Positions 9,604 to 17,000 of a DNA stretch of 18,606 bases are shown piece after piece. The stretch's first letter is position 1. Each line of letters opens with the position of its first letter. The position numbers and the translations under genes are program-made. The DNA is from an uncultured Gammaproteobacteria bacterium (lineage in GTDB: Bacteria; Pseudomonadota; Gammaproteobacteria; UBA9214). Where the stretch lies: the NCBI GenBank assembly GCA_963827755.1, contig CAWHCQ010000043.1, positions 1-18,606 on the forward strand, written 5' to 3'. The notes beneath the pieces were generated by a model. That model was not told the origin of the DNA, did not search any database, and was given only the letters and a program-made list of their open reading frames with translations.

Positions 9604-9725
9604 TCGAACTGAGTGGCCGGGTCCCGGACGTCAGGCAACACATCGTCGAAAACGAACAACTCGCCAGCGGCCAAGTAGACAAACTCGTTCGCGCGCTGAG
9701 ATTGGAGATCCGGAATCGTGTCTAA
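9460..9725 (+). pseudogene. Fragment of an unrelated helical protein fused behind the duplication
   Basis: Frame of ORF 9234..9725: an acidic linker, then ILEDKSREELLDLLIELSGRVPDVRQHIVENEQLASGQVDKLVRALRLEIRN. From recall this resembles an internal part of SWIM-zinc-finger family proteins. Confidence 0.45.
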
Positions 9726-9781
9726 CTGATCGCGAAATACCGCTGGTACAAGAACAGTCATAACTTTTTTTATTGATGGAT

Positions 9782-10327
9782 TGGCGGAGAGGGAGGGATT
9801 GACTCGGGTCCATCCATGGACCCTCACCCTGCGGGCGCCGGCCTTGCCGGCGTCCCAATCGGCAATCCTGCCGATTGGTCGAACCGCCTGATTGATACAT
9901 CGAGGGTTCAAATCCCGGCTACCGGCGGAGACAAAAAAAGCCCCTTGCGGGGCTTTTTATACTTGGCGGAGAGGGAGGGATTGACTCGGGTCCATCCATG
10001 GACCCTCACCCTGCGGGCGCCGGCCTTGCCGGCGTCCCAATCGGCAATCCTGCCGATTGGTCGAACCGCCTGATTGATACATCGAGGGTTCAAATCCCGG
10101 CTACCGGCGGAGACAAAAAAAGCCCCTCGCGGGGCTTTTTATACTTGGCGGAGAGGGAGGGATTGACTCGGGTCCATCCATGGACCCTCACCCTGCGGGC
10201 GCCGGCCTTGCCGGCGTCCCAATCGGCAATCCTGCCGATTGGTCGAACCGCCTGATTGATACATCGAGGGTTCAAATCCCGGCTACCGGCGGAGACAAAA
10301 AAAGCCCCTCGCGGGGCTTTTTATACT
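9782..10327 (-). repeat. tRNA-Ser 3'-end-linked repeat, type B (RtT/TRIP-like), 3 x 182 bp
   Basis: TGGCGGAGAGGGAGGGATT at 9782, 9964, 10146 and, in the tRNA itself, 10328. The units are near-identical; I see only one difference, in the terminator loop. Confidence 0.97.
10297..10322 (-). terminator. Intrinsic, potentially bidirectional terminator after tRNA-Ser(GGA); repeated at 10115-10140 and 9933-9958
   Basis: AAAAAAAGCCCC-tcgc-GGGGCTTTTT. Confidence 0.85.
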
Positions 10328-10415
10328 TGGCGGAGAGGGAGGGATTCGAACCCTCGATACGTTGCCGTATACACACTTTCCAGGCGTGCGCCTTCGACCA
10401 CTCGGCCACCTCTCC
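10328..10415 (-). tRNA. tRNA-Ser(GGA)
   Basis: GGAGAGGTGGCCGAGTGGTCGAAGGCG-CACGC-CTGGAAA-GTGTG-TATACGGCAACGTATCGAGGGTTCGAATCCCTCCCTCTCCGCCA, 88 nt with a long variable arm. Confidence 0.98.
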
Positions 10416-10495
10416 AGGACTTGCTTGCCTGTTTTCCATGAAACAGGGCACGACAGCCTAAACCTGCCGGGACGCTTGTACAAATATTTATCAGT

Positions 10496-10586
10496 TGGCG
10501 GAGAGGGTGGGGTTCGAACCCACGTGGGGCTAACGCCCCCAACCGATTTCGAGTCGGTGCCGTTATGACCACTTCGGTACCTCTCC
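10496..10586 (-). tRNA. tRNA-Ser(CGA)
   Basis: GGAGAGGTACCGAAGTGGTCATAACGGC-ACCGA-CTCGAAA-TCGGT-TGGGGGCGTTAGCCCCACGTGGGTTCGAACCCCACCCTCTCCGCCA, 91 nt. Confidence 0.97.
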
Positions 10587-10776
10587 TTGTTTACAGAATC
10601 CGTTTGCGGGATTCATCTACATTTACGCGCAATGCGATATGATAACCCCGCAACGACTCATCTAGCTGACGGTATACAGGTTGCCCATGACACTCACAGG
10701 CTTCAGATCGACCGGGGCAGGCCTCCAGGCGCTCTTGCAGGCTGCATATTCTAGCGTATGCGCACCTCTTCGCGCC

Positions 10777-12165
10777 ATGGGTCGAATCACCCTGCTCTGC
10801 CTTGCCTGCCTGCTGCTGACGGCCTGTGACAGGCCGCAGAGCCTCCTCAGTCAGGTACAGGAACAGAATGAGCTGATCGTCATCAGCCGCAATGGCCCGA
10901 CGACGTATTATGAAGGCAGCAACGGGCCAACCGGCTTCGAATATGAACTGGCCAGCCTGTTTGCGGACTTTCTGGGCGTGAAATTGCGCATGGTCGTGCC
11001 ACCCAATTTCAGTGACATCCTGCCCCTGATCACGCGTGGCGATGCCCACCTCGCCGCCGCCGGACTGACCATCACCGAAAAACGCAGGGAAATGGTCCGT
11101 TTCGGCCCCGTCTACCAGAGAATCACCCCGCAGCTGGTCTATCGCAGCGGCACCCGGCCGCCAACAACGCTGGCCGAAGTCGGTGGCATACTCGAGGTGG
11201 TCGCCGGCAGCAGTCACGAAGAGCATCTGAATATACTCCAGCAGGACTACCCGGAGCTGACCTGGTTTGCGAAAGACAGCAGCAGCGAGGAACTGCTGGA
11301 GTATGTATGGGAGCAATTGATCGAGTATACCGTCGCCGATTCCAACGAACTGGCCGTCCATCGCCACTTTTACCCCGAGTTGATACCCGCGTTCGATCTC
11401 ATGCCTGAGGAACCGCTCGCCTGGGCCTTTCCGCATGGCGATGATGACAGCCTGTTCAACGCGGCCGTGGTTTTTTTCAACAAGATCAGGAAAAACGGCA
11501 CGCTGGTGCAGATGATTGAACGTTATTACGGCCATATCGGTGATTTCGATTATGTCGGCACCCGGCGCTACCAGGCCGATGTTGAAGTACTCCTGCCGCG
11601 CTACCGGGAGATGTTTATGCAAGCGGCCAGGGACGTCGATATGGACTGGCGCCTGCTTGCAGCCATCAGCTACCAGGAATCCCACTGGGACCCGGATGCC
11701 GTCTCGCCGACCGGAGTGCGCGGCATGATGATGCTGACACTCGACGCGGCAAAAGACATGGGCATCGAGAACCGCCTCGACCCGGCGCAGAGCATCCAGG
11801 GCGGCGCGAACTACCTGTCTGCCATGGTTGAAAAGATTCCCGATCGTATTGCCGAGCCCGACCGCACCTGGCTGGCACTGGCAGCCTACAACGTCGGTTT
11901 CGGACACCTCGAGGATGCACGCATCCTCACCCAGGAGAACAAGGGCGACATCGATAAATGGATCGATGTAAAAAAGAGTCTGCCCCTGCTCAGCCAGAAG
12001 AAGTGGTACAAGCGAACCCGTCATGGCTATGCCCGCGGACGCGAGCCGGTGCGCTTCGTCGAGAATATCCGCACCTATTACGACATCCTGGTGTGGCTGA
12101 CGGAAAAAGACAACGAGGTTCCTGAAGCACCGATACTGCAACAGTTCGACCCGCAGGCGCTATAA
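10777..12165 (+). CDS. mltF: Membrane-bound lytic murein transglycosylase F
   Basis: Probable start MGRITLLCLACLLLTAC (lipobox-like). An N-terminal solute-binding-like domain (GFEYELA) precedes an SLT domain (AAISYQESHW, GVRGMMMLT, ALAAYNVG, GYARGREP). Adjacent to tadA. Confidence 0.95.
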   Translation: MGRITLLCLACLLLTACDRPQSLLSQVQEQNELIVISRNGPTTYYEGSNGPTGFEYELASLFADFLGVKLRMVVPPNFSDILPLITRGDAHLAAAGLTITEKRREMVRFGPVYQRITPQLVYRSGTRPPTTLAEVGGILEVVAGSSHEEHLNILQQDYPELTWFAKDSSSEELLEYVWEQLIEYTVADSNELAVHRHFYPELIPAFDLMPEEPLAWAFPHGDDDSLFNAAVVFFNKIRKNGTLVQMIERYYGHIGDFDYVGTRRYQADVEVLLPRYREMFMQAARDVDMDWRLLAAISYQESHWDPDAVSPTGVRGMMMLTLDAAKDMGIENRLDPAQSIQGGANYLSAMVEKIPDRIAEPDRTWLALAAYNVGFGHLEDARILTQENKGDIDKWIDVKKSLPLLSQKKWYKRTRHGYARGREPVRFVENIRTYYDILVWLTEKDNEVPEAPILQQFDPQAL

Positions 12166-12195
12166 CGAAACGGTCCGACCCTCGTCCTGAAGTCA

Positions 12196-12310
12196 ATCGC
12201 GGATGAGATCCGCTCCTACCGGTTGAATGATCTCTGCAGGAGCCAGCGCCAGCTGGCGAATGAAGTGTTTCGCGACAGCGAGGTGTTCGCGAGCTGGCGC
12301 TCGCTCCTAC
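12196..12310. repeat. Three GTAGGAGCG-type REP elements between convergent genes
   Basis: 12196-12219 reads GTAGGAGCGGATCTCATCCGCGAT on the minus strand. 12236-12260 is GCAGGAGCCAGCGCCAGCTGGCGAA. 12286-12310 reads GTAGGAGCGAGCGCCAGCTCGCGAA on the minus strand. Confidence 0.8.
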
Positions 12311-12344
12311 GGGCTGAAATCAGATTGCAGGATGGCAATGCCGG

Positions 12345-13340
12345 TTATTGCTGACCCAGCATCTCCGCTTCCATCGACAGGTAGACCTGGTAGGCATTGC
12401 GCCGGCTGGCCTCTTCAAAGGCCGGCAGGTCTTTGTAGTCAGACCAGTCGATTGCATCATAGGCCTCTCTGAACGGGACGAAATCATCCACGGCACGTTT
12501 CATTTCTTCCCGCAGGAAGACCAGGTAACGACGCGTCAGCCCGATGGCCTCGTTCGGATCCTCCGCCACCCCGCCATGTCCCGGCACCAGGGCAACCAGC
12601 TTTTCCCGCTCCATGCGCTCCAGCACCTCGACCCAGCGACGGGTGTTGGCATCCCCGAGGTAGGGCAAGCGGCCCTCGAATATAATGTCGCCGGAAAACA
12701 GTACCCGGTCGGGTTCCACGTAAAGCGTCAGGTCACCGTCTGAATGGGCATTGCCGACAACCGTCACGGTAAAGTCGACATCACCGAGGCGGAACCGTTT
12801 GCCCTCCTGCAGGTACTGGTCCGGGTATACCAGCCGGGTATCCTCGTTGACCCAGGGGTCAAGGGTAAAACGGCGGTCTTCAAGGCGTTCTTTGGCGTTG
12901 TCCGAGGCAAGATAGAGATCCGCACCGGCGGGCGCGAGGATATCGGCATCGAGGTCCTCGAACACCTGCAGGCCGTAGATGTGATCGGCATGATAGTGAC
13001 TGACAATCACGCGCACCACCGGCTCGCTGGTGATGGCCCTGATTTTTTTCAGCAACAGCTGTGCCAGCGAGGGTGAACCCAGCGCGTCGAACACCACCAC
13101 ACCGGCGCCGGTGACAATGACGCCGGCATTTGAGATGAAACCCTGGTTATCGGTGGCAACGCCGGCGACGCCCTGGGCAAACCAGACATGTTCGGATACG
13201 CGCTGCAATGCCATGTCGACCGTTGCAGGGGCATAACGCCCGGCAGTGTTCGGCGACAGGCGCACCTCAGCACCGCTAACGGGCTGCCACAAAAGCAGGC
13301 AAAGACCCAACAGACAGAATCCTGATCTCATATGACCCAT
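12345..13340 (-). CDS. Periplasmic MBL-fold metallo-hydrolase
   Basis: Signal peptide, SNAG, SHYHADH, AHSDGD, FSGD and VPGHG motifs. Confidence 0.9.
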   Translation of the reverse strand: MGHMRSGFCLLGLCLLLWQPVSGAEVRLSPNTAGRYAPATVDMALQRVSEHVWFAQGVAGVATDNQGFISNAGVIVTGAGVVVFDALGSPSLAQLLLKKIRAITSEPVVRVIVSHYHADHIYGLQVFEDLDADILAPAGADLYLASDNAKERLEDRRFTLDPWVNEDTRLVYPDQYLQEGKRFRLGDVDFTVTVVGNAHSDGDLTLYVEPDRVLFSGDIIFEGRLPYLGDANTRRWVEVLERMEREKLVALVPGHGGVAEDPNEAIGLTRRYLVFLREEMKRAVDDFVPFREAYDAIDWSDYKDLPAFEEASRRNAYQVYLSMEAEMLGQQ

Positions 13341-13341
13341 T

Positions 13342-13794
13342 CTAGCCCCTGCGGGCGTGAAAGAAAGCCCTGAGCAGGTCGCCGCACGCCTCTGCCAGCA
13401 CGCCGCCGGTCACCTCGACCCGGTGGTTCAGGCCCGGCAGCTCAAACGCACGGCAAAGGCTCTCGACGGCCCCGCTCTTCGGGTCAGGAGCGCCAAATAC
13501 CAGCCGTGCGACGCGTGCGTGCACCATGGCGCCGACACACATCAGGCAGGGTTCCAGCGTGACGTAGAGGGTAGCGCCCGTGACACGGTAATTTTGCAGG
13601 GCCTGCCCGGCCGCGCGCAGGGCCATCACCTCGGCATGGGCCGTCGGGTCATGGCCGGCGATCGGCTGGTTCCAGCCCTCGGCAAGCAGCGCGTCGTCCT
13701 GCACCAGCAGCGCACCGACCGGCACTTCGCCGCCGGCCCCGGCGTTTGCCGCAAGGTCCAGGGCACGCTGCATCCAGTGTTCATCGGAATGCAT
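13342..13794 (-). CDS. tadA: tRNA adenosine(34) deaminase
   Basis: GEVPVGA, HDPTAHAE, LYVTLEPCLMC and FFHARR. Confidence 0.97.
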   Translation of the reverse strand: MHSDEHWMQRALDLAANAGAGGEVPVGALLVQDDALLAEGWNQPIAGHDPTAHAEVMALRAAGQALQNYRVTGATLYVTLEPCLMCVGAMVHARVARLVFGAPDPKSGAVESLCRAFELPGLNHRVEVTGGVLAEACGDLLRAFFHARRG

Positions 13795-13809
13795 GGTTGC
13801 AGATCAGAT

Positions 13810-13897
13810 GCAGCCCGGGTGCGGGCACGGAGCGCAGGACCTCGGGGGCCTGACACCACAGCCGCCCCGGGCTGCACTGCGTTTCATCCGGGCGACG
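13810..13897. repeat. Degenerate inverted REP-like pair (GTAGCCCGGATG type)
   Basis: gcagcccgggtgc...ctcgggg near 13810, and on the minus strand gtcgcccggatgaaacgcagtgcagcccgggg near 13865-13896. Confidence 0.5.
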
Positions 13898-14127
13898 AAC
13901 AGCTTGAGCATATTTGCAATGCAACTATTCCCACTCAGTAGTAACGTAATAATTATATCGTTTATTTTCAATTACTTATATCCACTTCACAGTGCGTGTG
14001 TAAGTAACGTGTAACTCACTACTCACTCTGCACGTTTTTTCTACGCTTGTGCTCCTATTGCAACTCAATAGTCTACGCAATTCTTACTTGAACATTGTGC
14101 GACTAAAAACGTGCATAAACAATGCAC

Positions 14128-14364
14128 TTAGAGATTATTTAAGAAGTTGGAAAGCTTACTTTTCGTGTTAGCTTTGTCAGCTTCGTCTACATCGCTACTT
14201 TCGTACTTCAAAGCATCTATTGCTCTTTCAACAACAGTCATCTTCACTTGTTGCTTAGTCATAATACGACTGGCACTACGCTGCTTTTCTATACTACGCG
14301 ATGTAACTAAGCGAGGTAGATTGCCAGGCGAAGCATCAATTGAGCCTCGGTTAACCCGTGACAG
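14128..14364 (-). pseudogene. Low-GC gene remnant (3' fragment)
   Basis: Stop-free minus-strand frame ..IDASPGNLPRLVTSRSIEKQRSASRIMTKQQVKMTVVERAIDALKYESSDVDEADKANTKSKLSNFLNNL*, with AT-rich codons. Confidence 0.4.
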
Positions 14365-14555
14365 TCATATCATCGATCCCGGTAATGAGAGCTGCCTCTT
14401 CAGACACGCTGTTTCACAACAACAGGAGAGCAAAAATACTAGAAAAAAACAATGGAATCAGGCCATAATCAGACCGGACAGGCGGGTCATTTCCGGATGC
14501 AATGCCCGGGGCAATTTTAAATGCAAATCAATACCAGACACAACAGGCCAACGAA

Positions 14556-15032
14556 ATGAAATCTTTCAGCTTTGTCGTACTACTATTCCTTTTCTGGATC
14601 TTCTTGTCGGGACATCTGGAGCCCCTGCTGCTGGGATTGGGGGTGGCATCTGTCGCGCTCACGGTTTTCCTGTCACGGCGAATGAATCTTATCGATCACG
14701 AAAGCTATCCGCTGCATCTCTCGTCGAAATTCCCGGGCTTTTTTATCTATATATTCAGAGAGATCGTCAAGGCAAATATCGATGTTGTCAGACGGATCCT
14801 GAGCTGGAGGAAGGCGCCGATCAGCCCGCAGATGATCGAAATCCCGCAATCGCAGGAAACCGATCTCGGTGCGGTGATTTACGCCAATTCCATCACCCTG
14901 ACTCCCGGCACGGTCACGATCAGGTTATCGAAAGACAATCTCACCGTTCATGCGCTCAGCAAGGAGGCGGCCAGCGAGCTCGCCACAGGCGCCATGTCGA
15001 AAGAGATCTCTAACCGGATGTTCGACAAATAG
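14556..15032 (+). CDS. mrpE: Mrp Na+/H+ antiporter subunit E
   Basis: FWIFLSGH, EIVKANIDV, YANSITLTPGT and LTVHAL. Confidence 0.93.
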   Translation: MKSFSFVVLLFLFWIFLSGHLEPLLLGLGVASVALTVFLSRRMNLIDHESYPLHLSSKFPGFFIYIFREIVKANIDVVRRILSWRKAPISPQMIEIPQSQETDLGAVIYANSITLTPGTVTIRLSKDNLTVHALSKEAASELATGAMSKEISNRMFDK

Positions 15033-15331
15033 TGTTTATCGCAGCTTCACTGGCGATCCTTGTGACGATGGGATTGGCCCTTACGCGCGCCCTTGCCGGG
15101 CCTACGACCTATGATCGTGTTGCGGCGGTCAACATGTTCGGCACCAAGACTGTGCTGCTGATCGCGGTTATGGCGTTTTCCTCCGGCAGAGGTGATCTGC
15201 TGGATATTGCGCTGGTCTATGCGTTGATCAATTTCATAGGTGTCGTCGCAGCACTGAAGCTGGTCACTCGTGGCGATTTTCACTCCTCCGACAGCGATGA
15301 GAGCGAAGCAAACCAGGGGAGACCGGAATGA
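15032..15331 (+). CDS. mrpF: Mrp antiporter subunit F
   Basis: RALAGPTTYDRV and LDIALVYALINFIG; GTG start overlapping the mrpE stop. Confidence 0.93.
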   Translation: MFIAASLAILVTMGLALTRALAGPTTYDRVAAVNMFGTKTVLLIAVMAFSSGRGDLLDIALVYALINFIGVVAALKLVTRGDFHSSDSDESEANQGRPE

Positions 15332-15648
15332 TTATCGATATCCTCAGCTGGATCTGCCTGTTGGCCGGCGGGGCGCTGGGTATCGTTGGCGGTATCGGTA
15401 TCCACCGCTTCCCCGACTTCTACAGCCGCCTGCACGCTGCCGGAATAACCGATACCCTTTGCGCCATGTTGATCCTGCTGGGCCTCGGGCTGCAGGCCGG
15501 CTGGAGTATCGCCGCCTTTAAACTGGCGTTGATTTTCGTGTTCCTCTTTTTTACGAGCCCAACCGCTTCCCATGCGCTGGCAAACGCGGCGCTGCACAGC
15601 GGTCTGAAGCCCAGGCTGGATAGCGATGAACGTGAAGCCGGCTCATGA
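15328..15648 (+). CDS. mrpG: Mrp antiporter subunit G
   Basis: RFPDFYSRLHAAG and TSPTASHALA. Confidence 0.95.
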   Translation: MIIDILSWICLLAGGALGIVGGIGIHRFPDFYSRLHAAGITDTLCAMLILLGLGLQAGWSIAAFKLALIFVFLFFTSPTASHALANAALHSGLKPRLDSDEREAGS

Positions 15649-16236
15649 TCGATATTTTAATCAACGTCACCTTGCTGGCCTTTCTGGCGATCACCGCGGT
15701 AGCTATCGTACGCATGGCAAACCTGTTTGCCATCGTCATGCTGTTCGGGATTTTCAGTCTGCTGTCGGCCGGTCTGTTTGTGGTTATGGATGCTCCCGAT
15801 GTGGCCTTTACCGAGGCGGCGGTGGGTGCTGGAATCTCTACAGTTTTGATGTTGGCCACCCTGGCATTGGTCAAAAGACGACAAAAACCCTACTACGACA
15901 GAGGCGCCCCGGACCCACCGTGCATGGTTACCGCTGATCGTCGTGGTCATAACAGGTTCGGCACTGGTTTACGGCACCTGGGATATCCCGGGGTTTGGTG
16001 CGCCCGATGCGCCAGCACAGACACATGTCGCGCGCTACTACATCGACAATGCGATGCCGGATACCGGCGTGCCGAATATCGTCACCGCGGTGCTGGCGAG
16101 TTATCGCGGGTTCGATACCCTGGGCGAGGTCACGGTTATCTTTACCGCGGCCGTGGCCGTACTGCTGTTGATCGGCGGGAAACGCCCAAAACCACGAGTC
16201 AAGACAAAGGATGAGGGGAAACAAGATGAGGCCTAA
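15645..16236 (+). CDS. Mrp DUF4040/MrpB-related subunit (equivalent to the MrpA C-terminus), with a frameshift near 15890-15920
   Basis: APDVAFTEAAVGAG in the first ORF, and PNIVTAVLASYRGFDTLGE in ORF 15943..16236. Confidence 0.88.
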
Positions 16237-16644
16237 CCTTATCCTGCATGTTATTGCAAAGTTCCTTATCCCACTGATTATCCTGTTTGCACTCTATGTC
16301 CAGTTTCATGGTGATTTCGGGCCCGGGGGCGGCTTTCAGGCCGGGGTGATTTTCAGCGCCGCGCTCATTCTTTACTCCCTGGTATTCGGGCTGGATACCG
16401 CAGAAAAGATCATCCCTCCACACTGGTTGCGCATACTGGCTGCGCTGGGCGTGGTGATCTATGCCGGGGTCGGGATGGAGTCCTTGCTGCTGGGGGTAAC
16501 TATCTCGATTACACGCTTTTGGGCAGCAATCAGATTGCCGGCCAGCATCTGGGTATTCTGCTGGTGGAACTGGGCGTAGGCATTACGGTGGCGGCGTCCA
16601 TGTTGATTCTATTTTTTGCCTTTGCAGGCAGGGGTAGAGACTGA
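16226..16644 (+). CDS. mrpB: Mrp antiporter subunit B, with a frameshift at the G run near 16495
   Basis: HGDFGPGGGFQAG. After the shift it reads GNYLDYTLL..GILLVELGVGITV..FAGRGRD*, with the TGA overlapping the mrpC ATG. Confidence 0.9.
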
Positions 16645-17000
16645 TGGATTTCTTTATTGGCCACTATAACTACTGGATTGTGATCGTTTTAATGATGGTC
16701 GGGCTCTATACGGTGATAAGCCGTGGCAACCTGATAAAAAAAATTATCGGCCTGAATATATTCCAGGTCTCGGTGTTTTTTCTCTATATCAGTCTGGGCA
16801 CTGTGAAGGGTGGAGCAGCGCCTATTATCACTGAAGGCGTCAAGGTCTATTCAAATCCATTACCCCATGTATTGATCCTCACCGCCATCGTGGTGGGCGT
16901 GGCAACGACGGCGCTGGCGCTGGCTTTGGTGGTGCGCATCAAGGAGTCCTACGGCAGCATTGAAGAGGATGAAATTCATAATCTGGATCATTCGCTGTAA
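16644..17000 (+). CDS. mrpC: Mrp antiporter subunit C
   Basis: NLIKKIIGL and NPLPHVLILTAIVVG. Confidence 0.95.
   Translation: MDFFIGHYNYWIVIVLMMVGLYTVISRGNLIKKIIGLNIFQVSVFFLYISLGTVKGGAAPIITEGVKVYSNPLPHVLILTAIVVGVATTALALALVVRIKESYGSIEEDEIHNLDHSL

Noticed and set aside
9782-10327. Additional tRNA genes, a CRISPR array, or the repeated 61-93 aa ORFs
   Set aside because: The units hold only the last 19 or so nt of the tRNA, with no D or anticodon arm and no variable spacers. The ORFs are by-products of the repeat.
10591-12141. 516-aa minus-strand ORF
   Set aside because: Antisense shadow of mltF in GC-rich DNA with no recognisable motifs.
14147-15013. 288-aa plus-strand ORF
   Set aside because: It overlaps mrpE out of frame, and its 5' part is the antisense of a more protein-like minus-strand frame.
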